A stretch of DNA of 64,000 nucleotides from an uncultured Planctomycetota bacterium (GCA_963752285.1 CAVVXN010000005.1:2144001-2208000); one strand, 5' to 3'. Shown: positions 42,119 through 52,036, numbered from the stretch's first letter. Notes: a model not told the origin generated them from the letters alone. Numbers and translations are program-made.

Positions 42119-42904
42119 TCAGGGGCTCGTCCCGACCGCCGCTGCCGGCGCACGGGGCGTCACGGCCAGACCCTCGCCAGCGCATCGACGACGTGCGGCG
42201 CTTCCTCGAGCGTGATCGCCACGCCCTCGACAGGCCACGCGCCCGGATTGCGCCAGAGCCGCGCGACCCCTGGCGCCACGAGCACGCGCAGAGGCCCCCA
42301 CCCCCTCGATCGCGTCGATGCGGGCGCGGAGGCGCTGGTTGTCGTCGAGGAGCGCGGCGACGTCGCGCTCGACCGCGACCAGGCGCTCGCGCAGCGGCGC
42401 GCTGGCGCGCTCGACTTGGGCCGCGACGATCGCGGCGATGTCGAGGGGCGACCCTCGTGGTGATGGGACGTCCTCGGCTGCTGGAGGATCCTCGGCTGCT
42501 GGGGGCTCCTCGCCCCCTGGAGGGTCCTCGGCTGCCGGGGGGGTCGTGCCGCCCGCGTCGCCGGGCGGCCGCGAAGCGCCCCTGTGCGCGCGGGCGGCCC
42601 TGTGCGCGGGGCGGCTCGAGGCCTTGGCACGTCGCTGCTCGTTGCGGGCACTGAGGAGTCCACGGGCGACGTCAGCGACAGCCGCCTCGGCGCCGTCCTC
42701 GTACTCCGCCTCGATGCAGACGCTCTCGTTGAGCCTCTGCCCGACGGCGTGGATGACGTCGCGGAGGAGGTCCTCGGGGTCCGCACGGGGGGCGTCGCCG
42801 AGCTCTCGAACGACTTCGGCGACGACAGGAGCGACTCGGTCGCGGAGGTCCTTGGACCCGGGGGGGGCGTCTCCGGGCACTTCGGCGTCGGGCACACTCG
42901 CCAC
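42119..42904 (-). CDS. Hypothetical protein with coiled coil and PAAEDP repeats
   Basis: 261-aa ORF with protein-like helical segments. Confidence 0.5.
   Translation of the reverse strand: MASVPDAEVPGDAPPGSKDLRDRVAPVVAEVVRELGDAPRADPEDLLRDVIHAVGQRLNESVCIEAEYEDGAEAAVADVARGLLSARNEQRRAKASSRPAHRAARAHRGASRPPGDAGGTTPPAAEDPPGGEEPPAAEDPPAAEDVPSPRGSPLDIAAIVAAQVERASAPLRERLVAVERDVAALLDDNQRLRARIDAIEGVGASARARGARGRAALAQSGRVACRGRGDHARGSAARRRCAGEGLAVTPRAPAAAVGTSP
42471..42542 (+). repeat. 4 x 18-bp tandem repeat
   Basis: TCCTCGGCTGCTGGAGGA-like units starting at 42471, 42489, 42507 and 42525. Confidence 0.85.
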
Positions 42905-43437
42905 CGTTCGACTCCTGGCCCCGCTCGCGTCCTGGCCGGAACCGCGGCGGGGCCTCTTCGTTCGAGGAGACCCCGCGGGGGCGCGTCGTCAGTGTACCGG
43001 CTCCCCCGGTCGAGGCGCGCCGCGTCCGCGCCTCGGTTCAGGGGGCGCGGGACGAGAGACAGGGGAGGCGCCGCCGCCACCGTCGCCGCGGGAGCGGGCG
43101 TCGAGCCGGCGTCGATCGGGGAGGGCGCCCGTACGGAGTCCGGCGCCGATCGTGGGCGGATCGGCGACGCGGAGACGCGCCCGCGCTCTGCCCCGTACCA
43201 GCACCCGCACCCGCACGGGGACGGAATCCGGCGGTGATCGGCGAACCGTCAGCGAACCCGCCAGAAGCCGCTCCTGCGGCCTGATTCGCCTGCCGAGGGC
43301 CATTTCATCGGGTTGCCGCGCAGCTCAGCCGAGCCAACGAAGTGCGGTTGCGCCGCAGGTCCGGACCGGCTATCTTCGATTTCTCGCGCCTTCCTGGACG
43401 CGAGCGGGTCCAGGGGGCCCCGGCCAGGAGGACCAAC

Positions 43438-43767
43438 ATGATCGTCGGCACGACGGTTCACAAGCTCGATGGTAGGCCCTATTACAGCCCCGTGATCGCG
43501 CGCGGCGGTGGGGCGGCGCGGTTCCCCATCGACGTCACGAACATCTGGAGCGCGAACGTGACGTTCACGGTGCAGCACAAGAACACCGAGGACACCGCGT
43601 GGGGCAACGCGGGCGCGTTCCCCGTCATCAACGCAGTCAACCCGCACTCCCTCGACGTCGTCGGGCTCAAGGAGGAGATTCGCGTCGAGTTGACGTTCGA
43701 CCAGAACGATCCGCCCGACGCCGCAGTCCACTTCCTCATCCAGGCCCCGAGTTGGAGGCCGTACTAG
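43438..43767 (+). CDS. Small beta-rich hypothetical protein (cargo 6, gene a)
   Basis: RBS AGGAGG; 109 aa MIVGTTVHKL...QAPSWRPY. Confidence 0.8.
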   Translation: MIVGTTVHKLDGRPYYSPVIARGGGAARFPIDVTNIWSANVTFTVQHKNTEDTAWGNAGAFPVINAVNPHSLDVVGLKEEIRVELTFDQNDPPDAAVHFLIQAPSWRPY

Positions 43768-43770
43768 AGC

Positions 43771-45033
43771 GTGCCAGGTAGCGGACTTCGTACCCGAGGT
43801 CAACAAGTGGCGTGCGGGGCGGATCATGCGCGGTGCTCCAACGTGTCCAAGGCATCTCCGTGCCGCGGATGCCGAAGAGCAACCCAGAACGAGGAGCACG
43901 CCGACCGGGCACTGCAATTCGCTGTGCAAATGGAGCACGCCGGGTCGAACTACGCCGCACCGTTCTGGCGCGTGGCCGCTGTCGCGGAGCGCTATCGCCG
44001 ATCCGATCGCGGACTAGAGCATGCAAGAACGGACGCCTACGTACACCGCGTTCTGGATGCCGCATCGGAGTTTGCAGATGTGCTCGGACGGGGCCCTTAT
44101 GGAGGCGGCCGGTATCCCCAGCATGCGTGGAGCCTGCTTCTCGGCGATGGCGAGGAACCGACAGGGGACGGTGAGCCTAGGTCAGGCGGAGGCGATGGAG
44201 ACACGACAGATGAGGAGGCGAGGGCGGCGCGAGAAGGGCCCGACTGGAAGCCTCTGTTGGACTTTCTTACGGATGACGGCGAGACGTACTCACCCGGGCA
44301 GGGCGGTGGGGGCGACACAAGCGGCAGCCCCGCATGCAAGGTCACGCGCTGGGCATACCCGTACTATTGGTCGCCACAGCCACCAAGCGGCGCAAAGACG
44401 ACCAACCGGCGTGGTGTTGGACTCTACTTCGAAGCAGAGGTCGAGTTCGAGAACGATCCACCCCGGTACCTTTGTAGTTGCTGCGTGTTCCGGCAATTCA
44501 TCCGGGCTACAGCAGGCTCATCGTCTGCGCCCGCTGCTGGGTGGCGACGAGACAAGGAAGGGGGGGGCAAGGAGTATGGCGGAGCTCGTGTTGACGGGAG
44601 TACAGGTTCTTCGCCCGATGAGGCGGGGCGCGAGAAGGGCGAGTATTCAGCCGACGGGTGCATCCTCTCCTTTGACGACATGCCTCGAAAGCGCGGACAG
44701 CTCGTCCTTGGCGTCCTTGAACTGACTTGGGACTTTGTCGGAGTGGTGTATGACCGCTGTAACAACTGGGTCTTCGTGGACGCTAGACGGTTCCTCTTTT
44801 GGCGCAAAGTCACGCTCACCGCGGACGAGGAGGGCGACACTCTCGTGACGGATGCAGAGGGCTCGCCGGCGCTGCACAAAGATGTCAGTCCCGAGGCCGG
44901 GGCGTCGGCTTGGACTCACAACAGTGCCGGCGGACCGGGTCGGATGCCGGGAACGAATTTCCCTCAGCCTCCCAAGAGCGAGGCGAAGCGAATGCTCAAG
45001 CGTGAGCGCCGCCGACGCACCGGGGGGCGATGA
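43771..45033 (+). CDS. Hypothetical protein (cargo 6, gene b): Cys N-terminus, Gly/acidic linker, Cys-containing C-domain
   Basis: 420 aa; PGQGGGGDTSGSPAC linker; CSCCVFRQFI. Confidence 0.7.
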   Translation: MPGSGLRTRGQQVACGADHARCSNVSKASPCRGCRRATQNEEHADRALQFAVQMEHAGSNYAAPFWRVAAVAERYRRSDRGLEHARTDAYVHRVLDAASEFADVLGRGPYGGGRYPQHAWSLLLGDGEEPTGDGEPRSGGGDGDTTDEEARAAREGPDWKPLLDFLTDDGETYSPGQGGGGDTSGSPACKVTRWAYPYYWSPQPPSGAKTTNRRGVGLYFEAEVEFENDPPRYLCSCCVFRQFIRATAGSSSAPAAGWRRDKEGGGKEYGGARVDGSTGSSPDEAGREKGEYSADGCILSFDDMPRKRGQLVLGVLELTWDFVGVVYDRCNNWVFVDARRFLFWRKVTLTADEEGDTLVTDAEGSPALHKDVSPEAGASAWTHNSAGGPGRMPGTNFPQPPKSEAKRMLKRERRRRTGGR

Positions 45034-45536
45034 GCTGCTCGCGAGCCGTTCTTCTCGTCGTCCTCGGAGGCCTGACACTGGCAGCGGGGACTCTCCTCTG
45101 GCTGCCGTCGTGTGCGAGTCGGACGTCGGGGCGCATTAGAGGGCCTGCGCCCTGCACAGCCGGGCTCACCATAGGCATTGCGCCGACACCCGACGGGGTC
45201 AATCCGCGCCTCATGGAGTACTACTTGGAACTCTCTGCGGATGGCAGAGCTTGGTGCGGGGAACCGCATGGTGTTGAGACGTGGGGAATCCTCGATGACG
45301 CGCGTGGTGGGCGTGTTCGGATTCGCTACGCGGCATCGTACAGCAGTGAGCCATGGGAAGCACAGGTTACGGAGCGGAGCCAACGCCGCGTCGAGGCGTT
45401 GCCGCCGGATGCCACGGACACGTTCGAGTTCAAGGGTGACGGAGGCCTGGTCCTGGTGGAATCGACAGTTGGCCATCCACTGGGAGCGTGGCGTCTTGTG
45501 TCGGTTGAGAACGGACGGCTCCACGGTGAAAGGTAG
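45030..45536 (+). CDS. Lipoprotein-like protein (cargo 6, gene c)
   Basis: ATGA coupling; hydrophobic N-terminus ending LPSC. Confidence 0.65.
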   Translation: MSCSRAVLLVVLGGLTLAAGTLLWLPSCASRTSGRIRGPAPCTAGLTIGIAPTPDGVNPRLMEYYLELSADGRAWCGEPHGVETWGILDDARGGRVRIRYAASYSSEPWEAQVTERSQRRVEALPPDATDTFEFKGDGGLVLVESTVGHPLGAWRLVSVENGRLHGER

Positions 45537-45842
45537 GGGATCTCCGGGGGCACCAGACCCGCCCTGGGCCAGTGTCGTCCCGGCGAGCGACGCCGAGTTC
45601 GTAGGCGCGCAGGTTCAGGTGTGTCAAGCGTCGCTCAGCGGCGCCCTCCAACAGCAGGGATATGCCGATGTCGGGATCCCGTACTCGCCCGGCTGCTCTC
45701 TCCCGTACCAGCACCCGTACCAGCACGGGCGCGTGATTCGGCGTGGATCGGGGAGTTATCGGGGAATCCCGTGCTGGCACGCGTGGCGCCGGAATCGGCC
45801 GCCAGGGCGCATTTCATCGGGGTCAGTGGCGCAGGTGCCACC

Positions 45843-45898
45843 CCGGTTTCCTAAACCGGGGGTCGCAGGTTCGAGTCCTGCCGGGGATACCACCTCGC
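45843..45898 (+). repeat. att core, right copy (tRNA-Arg 3' fragment)
   Basis: Identical to 7896-7951; lacks the 5' acceptor and D arm. Confidence 0.93.
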
Positions 45899-45980
45899 CC
45901 CCCGCAAACGGCCACAAATGGCCCCTTGGGGGCTGCATGCGTGGACATGCGTCCGCAGGCGGCTGCAAAAAGGTACGTAT

Positions 45981-46004
45981 CGTCCCAGCACATGTGCTGG
46001 GACG
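45981..46004. promoter_or_regulatory. Perfect 24-bp palindrome of the GT(A/C)CCAGCAC motif upstream of the integrase
   Basis: CGTCCCAGCACATGTGCTGGGACG. Confidence 0.7.
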
Positions 46005-46185
46005 GGCCAGAACGCGCTCTGCGAACGGCCCATGCGACGCCGCCCACGCGTGATTCCGCGTGACCACCGGGCGCGGACACCGGTGGTCGTTTCAGAGCGC
46101 GAGGCCCATGAATCGGGCCCTCCTGGAGGTGTCGCCCCGCGGAGGTACATCAGCGCTCCCACGGAACCCGTACGGAGCTCTCGGA

Positions 46186-47211
46186 ATGCCCTGGCTGAGG
46201 TCGCGCGTCGAACGGTCCACCGGTCTCCAGACCTGGTCCATCGAGTGGCGCGAGGGCGGCCGGACGGGAAAGGTCCGCCACCGCGTGCTGGGCCCCGTCA
46301 CCGAGCAGGATGCGCAGTACGAGCTCGCCGCCATGAACGCCGGCCGCCGCACGCGCCGCGAGAAGCGCGTCGTCGCCCCCGCCCGCGCCGTCGAGGACTA
46401 CCTGCGGCATCTCAAAGCCTCCGGCCGCCGAGAAGGCACGGTCGCCCACGACCGCGACAAGCTGAAGCCGCTACTCGACGCGTGGGGCCACCGGCCGCTC
46501 TCCGAGTGGGCCCGCTCCCACCTCGAGGCCCTCCTGGCCGACCGCGGCTGGGCCACGACGCGCGTGCGGAACGCCGTTGGCGTCTACCGCCGCTTCGTTT
46601 CCTGGTGTGACCAGGTCGGCATCTCGTGCGGTGACTTCGTGGCGGGATACAAGCCCCCCCGCCTCCGCCCCCCGGACGAACCCGAGGCGCTCGCGGCCGA
46701 GCAGGCACGCCAGCTCCTCGACGCCGCCCACGACCACGCCCTGGAGGTCCCCGTGGCCCTCGCCCTCCTCGCCGGCCTCTCCCGCGGGGATCTCCGCGCC
46801 CTCACGTGGAAGGAGGTCGACCTGGACGCCGGCCTCATTACGCGCCCCCGGCACAAGACCGGCAGGAGGCTTCGCCTCCCTATCTCGCCGCCGCTGCGTG
46901 ACGTCCTGGAGCGCCACCGCCGGCGCGCCGGCCCCGTCTGCCCCCGCCTCCCGAAGTCCGATTCTTCGCTCTCGAAGTCCCTCCACCGCCTCTGTGACCG
47001 GGCCGGCATCCCCCGCGGCGGCTGGCATCGGCTGCGCCACACGGCCGCCACCCTCCTGGCGGCCGCGGGGACGGACGTGGCCACGATCGGGCGGATCCTC
47101 GGGCATCGGCCCGGGAGCGTCGTCACCCTGCGGTACCTTCACACGGACGATGAACGGCTGAGGCAGGCTGCAGACGCCGTCGCCGACGCGGTTCAGCGGG
47201 CCCAGGTATAG
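46186..47211 (+). CDS. int: Tyrosine recombinase/integrase
   Basis: Arm-binding-like N-terminus, KTG, HRLRHTAA, LGH, TLRY; adjacent to att. Confidence 0.9.
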   Translation: MPWLRSRVERSTGLQTWSIEWREGGRTGKVRHRVLGPVTEQDAQYELAAMNAGRRTRREKRVVAPARAVEDYLRHLKASGRREGTVAHDRDKLKPLLDAWGHRPLSEWARSHLEALLADRGWATTRVRNAVGVYRRFVSWCDQVGISCGDFVAGYKPPRLRPPDEPEALAAEQARQLLDAAHDHALEVPVALALLAGLSRGDLRALTWKEVDLDAGLITRPRHKTGRRLRLPISPPLRDVLERHRRRAGPVCPRLPKSDSSLSKSLHRLCDRAGIPRGGWHRLRHTAATLLAAAGTDVATIGRILGHRPGSVVTLRYLHTDDERLRQAADAVADAVQRAQV

Positions 47212-47214
47212 GCA

Positions 47215-47335
47215 ATGCGTCACCTTCACGAGGAGATCAGCGCGCGGGTACGGCGGTGGCGCGAGGAGGGGTATCCATCCGGCTACCCGGTGCTCACCGA
47301 GATCCTGGAGTTTGCGGAGGAGGAAGGCGGCGCGT
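47215..47335 (+). pseudogene. N-terminal stub resembling a type III restriction Res subunit
   Basis: MRHLHEEISARVRRWREEGYP..EIL; recalled similarity only. Confidence 0.4.
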
Positions 47336-47417
47336 CGGCGATTGCGGTAACATCACGCAGCAACGTCACGTGTCATCCACCGCTCCGCGCTGGTGTGTCG
47401 GATGACGGGAGAACATC

Positions 47418-48281
47418 ATGCAGCGTCAGATAGAAGCGGGGACGATCCGAACCGACCTCGTACTGGCCGTCGGTCTGACGGCAGCGGTCTTGGGACTTGG
47501 TGTGTTCCTCGGGGCAAAGCTCCTGGGAGAGCATCCACCCGCGTCGTCGCGGCCCGTTGAGAGGGCGCAGACGCCACCTGGGCGTGAAGCTCCCGCGCCG
47601 ATGCTGCGGGGTACTGCGCTCCCGGATGATATCGGGAAGCGCCTGGCAGCTGTCGAGACGGCAGTGGCAGAGTTGCGCGCCTCGCAGGCGGCAAGCCAGG
47701 AGCAGATCCAACCTTTCGTCGAGGCGTACAGCGAGCTGAAGCGTGGGGGTGCCTTGATCCCAATGGAGAGTTCCACGCCCGCGATCCCCACTGTCTCCGA
47801 GCGTGCGACGACGGGCGATAACACGGGTAAGATCGCTCGTGAGTTAGGCCTCGACGCGGCCCGCCGGGAGGCGATGGCAACCGAGTTCGCGCAGACGCTA
47901 GCTGACCTCGAAGCGTTGGAGAAGGCCCATGCTGAGGTTACGCGCGATGGGGCCGTCACGACTATCAAGATCGACAAGTACGGCGACGAGGCCAGCGGGG
48001 CCGTTCAGCGGTGGCGGGACTGGATTGACCGCAATCTCACACCCGACGAGAAGGAAGCCTACGAGCGGGAGCACGCCGAGTCGCAGTTGATCGGGCTGCA
48101 CGCGGGCCAGTTCGACCGCACCGTTCGGATCGACGAAACGGGTGGCGCCATCCGAGTCAAAGAAACCATCGCAACGAAGGACGGCCCGATGGATGTACTC
48201 CAGGGGACCGCACCTGCGGAGGCACGCGATCTCGTGCTCGCCCCCTACAGCCACCTCCTCCCCAAGCCTCCCGGTCGGTGA
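47418..48281 (+). CDS. Membrane-anchored coiled-coil hypothetical protein (cargo 7)
   Basis: RBS GGAG; TM at aa ~14-33; ends 4 bp from the anchor ORF stop. Confidence 0.78.
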   Translation: MQRQIEAGTIRTDLVLAVGLTAAVLGLGVFLGAKLLGEHPPASSRPVERAQTPPGREAPAPMLRGTALPDDIGKRLAAVETAVAELRASQAASQEQIQPFVEAYSELKRGGALIPMESSTPAIPTVSERATTGDNTGKIARELGLDAARREAMATEFAQTLADLEALEKAHAEVTRDGAVTTIKIDKYGDEASGAVQRWRDWIDRNLTPDEKEAYEREHAESQLIGLHAGQFDRTVRIDETGGAIRVKETIATKDGPMDVLQGTAPAEARDLVLAPYSHLLPKPPGR

Positions 48282-48285
48282 GGAG

Positions 48286-48600
48286 CTATCGCACTTCGCC
48301 TTCGAACAGCACCCGCCCGTCCCGGTCGTGGAGCGTCACCCGCACGACCTCCCCCTCGGGGAGCCGCCTGTCGATCCGGATCTGCCTCGCGACCTTCCAG
48401 ACGACGAGCCGGTTCCGCGCCTCCTCGTGCGCCTCCTCTTGGGAGGTGAAGAACACGGGCCGCTGGTCCATCGTGAGGCCGCCAGCGAACTGCAGACGGA
48501 GCCCGTCGATGGTCGTCTCGAAGCAGACGTCCGGCAGCGTCGAGTGGGGTCCTAGGGGGTCCATCACGACCCACAGCGGGGTAGCTGCGTCGATCCTCAT
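48286..48600 (-). CDS. Conserved 104-aa anchor ORF, the only complete copy
   Basis: MRIDAATPLWVVMDP..DVCFETT..GL.LQFAGGL..VLFEGEVR; coupled to DUF5049. Confidence 0.8.
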   Translation of the reverse strand: MRIDAATPLWVVMDPLGPHSTLPDVCFETTIDGLRLQFAGGLTMDQRPVFFTSQEEAHEEARNRLVVWKVARQIRIDRRLPEGEVVRVTLHDRDGRVLFEGEVR

Positions 48601-48824
48601 CGCGCCCCCTCCCGGCCGTCGTCGGCCTCGAAGCCGTGGAAGACGCCGCGGGCGTACAACGCCCGGTGATCCCGGGCCCAGCGCGCGCAGGCCTCGTAGC
48701 CCATGGCGGCGGCGATCCGGGCCACCGCCGGGCGGTCGAGCATGTTCGTGAGGCCCGAGAGCCGGACGGCCTCGAGCCCCTCGCGGACGTCGGGGGGCAC
48801 GCGAACGGCGTCGCGCTCGGTCAT
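48597..48824 (-). CDS. DUF5049-like protein
   Basis: Near-identical to 19683-19901. Confidence 0.78.
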   Translation of the reverse strand: MTERDAVRVPPDVREGLEAVRLSGLTNMLDRPAVARIAAAMGYEACARWARDHRALYARGVFHGFEADDGREGAR

Positions 48825-48871
48825 CGTGCCCCCCCTCGCAGGCGAGCATGGATCCCAGCGAGGAGAACCGG

Positions 48872-49235
48872 CTGGTGAAGGGCTGGCGAAGCACGCGGCC
48901 GACGAGTTGGGTCATCGCACGGGCGGATCCGGTGTTGCTGAGGCTCACAAGGATGTAGGCATAGGGGCAGTCCCAGCCCTCCTGCAGAGCGCTCTTCGTG
49001 ATGATCCAGGTGATGGGGCAGCCCTCGTCGAGCAGGTCGATGCCCTCGATGTCGTCCTGTTTGGATGACTTGATTGCGATCTCGGCCTCAGCCACGCCCA
49101 AGCGGGCCATGAGGTGCTTCTTCACGTCCTCCGCGTGGACGAAGCCTCTGCCCTGCTGGTCCTTCCCGGTCCGCTCGACCTGTACGAGGACGATGGGCCG
49201 CAGCGGGGGCTTGGCTTCCGCGCCCTCGGAGTGAT
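48872..49235 (-). pseudogene. Type III Res/helicase internal fragment (inverted)
   Basis: IITKSALQEGWDCP.AYIL, TQLVGRVLRQP. Confidence 0.75.
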
Positions 49236-49929
49236 CGTCGACCGCGCAGTAGACCACGTCATAGAGCGAGAGCCCACAGTCAGGGGTCGCGTGGGGCTTG
49301 CGAAGTACGCCCTGCGCGAGAGGCTTATCGGATTCATCAATGCCCAACAGGACGTCCAGACCGAGCATGTATTCCGGGATCTCGTGGTCAGGAAGCGCAT
49401 CGCCTTCTACCTTGAGTGCATCGAGTGCCGCTTCGAGCTTCCGCCTGAGATCGAGCTCCGCAGCACACACCGCCTCACGGACGACGACAACCGCGAGGTC
49501 GCGAAGACGCTCTTCGAGTGGGCGGCTGCCGAGGAGTTCAACGAGTACGAGCGCGAGGTTGCGCTGTGCATCGACAAACACCCCGAGGTGCTCTGGTGGT
49601 ATCGCAACGCGGTCGGACGGGACTGCTTCTCGATCCAGGGCTACCGGCGTGATCGCGTGTACCCCGACTTTGTGGTTCAGAAGGGCACCGAAGGCAGGCC
49701 CGCCCCCGCCGTGGTCGTCGTGGAGGCGAAGGGCGAGCACCTCTCCGGCAACGTCGACACGGAGTACAAGCGTGACCTCGCGCAGTTCTTTGAGAAGGTC
49801 GGACGCCACGTCACATGGCAGGAACTTGGCGAGGGATTCGCTGACGCTACGTTTCGTATCCAAGTGCTAGATCAGGATGATGCAGGCGCTTGGAAGGACG
49901 GACTGGACGCGGTATTGCGGAGTGGATGA
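49236..49929 (+). pseudogene. Type III Res C-terminal PD-(D/E)xK nuclease fragment
   Basis: WWYRN, YPDFVV, VEAKGEHL..DT.YK. Confidence 0.75.
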
Positions 49930-49934
49930 CGGCC

Positions 49935-50281
49935 ATGGAGAAGAAGCTCAAGCACCTGGAGTTCATCCAGCAGGCGATCAACAGAATGGCCTCCAACCTC
50001 TTCCTTCTCAAGGGCTGGACGGTGACTCTCATTGCCGCGATGTTCGCACTGGCTGCGAAGGAATCGAAGGACCTGTACTTCTTTCTCGCATACTTCCCGA
50101 CGATTATGTTCTGGCTCTTGGATGGTTACTTTCTTTCCCAGGAGCGTCGCTTCCGATCCCTCTACGCGCACGTCTCTAGGATTGAAGAGGATGCCATCGA
50201 CTTCTCGATGGACACTCAGCCTTTCAAAAACACGCCAACGAGGAACAAGTGGTCACGCGCACTGTTCTCGCCGACTCTGCT
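49935..50281 (+). pseudogene. Small multi-TM protein (HLEFIQ..INRMA type), C-terminus replaced
   Basis: KHLEFIQQAINRMASN.FLLKGW, LDGYFLSQERRFR.LY; fused in frame to an integrase tail. Confidence 0.65.
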
Positions 50282-50438
50282 CACCCTCCTCGCCGCCGCC
50301 GGCGTCGATGTCGCCACGATCGGCCGCGTCCTCGGGCACCGGCCGGGCTCGCCGATCACGCTGCGGTACCTCCACTCGGACGATGAGCGACTGCGGGAGG
50401 CAGCGGAGGCCGTGGCTGCGGCTGTCCGGTCGGCGTAG
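50282..50438 (+). pseudogene. Integrase C-terminal remnant (second allele)
   Basis: TLLAAAGVDVATIGRVLGHRPGSPITLRYLH, homologous to ~47050-47211. Confidence 0.85.
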
Positions 50439-50832
50439 GCCACGAGCGGGACTACCGTCTCGGAGGGCCGGACTGTTAGTTCACCGTATGGCTTGTGCCG
50501 CACGCGCGGCACCCTACCTTCCCCTTGGAGGCCGACGCCGATGGCTGCACGCCCCAAGCGATCGAAGAAACGTGGACGGAAGAAGAAGGCGGAGAGCGCC
50601 AGAGCAGCCGGGGATTGACGGGCTCACGCGCGCGGTGCGAGCATGGCAAGCGTGGAGTCGTTGGGTACGGCGGCGCGCGCGTGCCGATAAGCCTGGATCG
50701 CGTTGCTCTACATCACCGGCGGATGCCCCGCCACGCCGTTCGCGGGTGCGCGTCGGATGTCGACAGCGAGCGGCTGATCCTCGGGGCCTGCGGGGGCCCA
50801 TCAGAGCGCCCCCGCAAGCCGGCCACCCTCTA

Positions 50833-51612
50833 TCAACTCTGGTTGAAGATCGCGAGAAGCGCTCCGCGGGTCGATGCGCCGCCAGTCAGGATGATGAAGA
50901 CCTGGATCGTCTCGCCGGGGGCAACGGAGTCACCGGTTAGGGTGAAAGCGTGGTCACCATCCATCGTAACGGTGAAGATCTTGTCTGGGATAGTCACGGT
51001 ATCGATGGCGGGAACGTCCCCGACGAGTTCGAATCGGCCGAAGTTGAGGGGGTTCCCGCTGGTATTGTGGATGGGGAGAAGCAGGCCCGTATCGGCCTGA
51101 AGAACGGGCCTCGCGACGATGGCCGCCGTCCCCGCATCGAAAGTCCCCAAGTCCGTGCAACTCTGCGACACGTTCGGGGGCTTCGTGGAGAATGACATGG
51201 AGAACTTCACGGCTGAGGCCCCGAGATTGGTGGTCGCATCCACCTTCACCTTGAAAGCTGTGTTGGCGGGAATCTGATTCGTGAGGTCGATCTTGCCGTG
51301 GCTGGGGCCATCGCCGCTGAAGTCCACATGCTCGTCGATGGTCCCATGAAGGACGTGGACGGAGTGAATGCCGCCGCTCAACTCCTTGCCGTTCTCGTCC
51401 TCGATGCGGAACGTGACGTCGCACACCAGGAAACTAGCGTCGAATGTAAACTCGTAGGTGTTTCGGACTATCCCCCCGCCCGTGATGATCTTGTCGCTCT
51501 GGAAGTTCGGATCGGCGGAGGTCAGGGACTTTCCGCCGCCGACGATGGTCGCTGCCGCCGCGACTGTCGCGAACGCAACGATGGCAATGAACAGGGTCAA
51601 CGAACGCTTCAC
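50833..51612 (-). CDS. Secreted beta-rich protein (cargo 8)
   Basis: RBS GGAGG, GTG start; signal peptide KRSLTLFIAIVAFATVAAA. Confidence 0.78.
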   Translation of the reverse strand: MKRSLTLFIAIVAFATVAAAATIVGGGKSLTSADPNFQSDKIITGGGIVRNTYEFTFDASFLVCDVTFRIEDENGKELSGGIHSVHVLHGTIDEHVDFSGDGPSHGKIDLTNQIPANTAFKVKVDATTNLGASAVKFSMSFSTKPPNVSQSCTDLGTFDAGTAAIVARPVLQADTGLLLPIHNTSGNPLNFGRFELVGDVPAIDTVTIPDKIFTVTMDGDHAFTLTGDSVAPGETIQVFIILTGGASTRGALLAIFNQS

Positions 51613-51782
51613 GGTGGAACCTCCATCTCCTTCGGCCTGTTGGGCCTGCCCACACCGAAAGGCCTCGCGCGTCCGACGGAAGCACGGTACCGCAGCATGC
51701 GCTCCGATCAACCCACCTCCGAATTCCAGCAAGCATCATGCCCGGGACTTACGGCTTCCGCGCCTGGGAACCCAGGGGGCTG

Positions 51783-51881
51783 CTACCCTCCGTGCCCCTC
51801 GAACAGCACCCGCCCGTCCCGGTCGTGGAGCGTCACCCGCACGACCTCCCCCTCGGGGAGTCGCCGGTCGATCCGGATCTG
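51783..51881 (-). pseudogene. Anchor ORF 3' remnant
   Basis: QIRIDRRLPEGEVVRVTLHDRDGRVLFEGHGG*. Confidence 0.85.
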
Positions 51882-52002
51882 GGAGGCCATCGACCTCGTG
51901 GCCGCTATCGAGAAGACCTACGACCGGTTCCCGGAGGAGATCCAAGCGGAGTTCCCGCTCCGGCGCGTGTGGGCGCTCGTACCGGACGACACAGAAGAGT
52001 AG
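51882..52002 (+). pseudogene. C-terminal stub resembling an Mrr-type restriction endonuclease
   Basis: DLV.AI...YDRFPEEIQAEFPLRRVW; recalled similarity. Confidence 0.45.
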
Positions 52003-52036
52003 GCGCCCATACATACGGCGACGTGGAGACATCACC

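Larger units (their letters stand above)
7896..45898. mobile_element. Composite genomic island between the att duplicates (stacked defective phage-like elements)
   Basis: Flanking 56-bp direct repeat of the tRNA 3' end; repeated HNH-Phd-MTase-terminase modules inside. Confidence 0.85.

Noticed and set aside
8246..45898. Intact inducible prophage
   Set aside because: No portal, capsid, tail or lysis genes recognised, and all terL copies are broken.
45810..45898. Second functional tRNA-Arg
   Set aside because: Only the part from the anticodon arm onward is present; the upstream sequence cannot form the acceptor or D arm.
48286..49863. 525-aa ORF as a single gene
   Set aside because: It is a chimera of antisense Res sequence, an inverted helicase fragment, a DUF5049 off-frame stretch and the anchor ORF.
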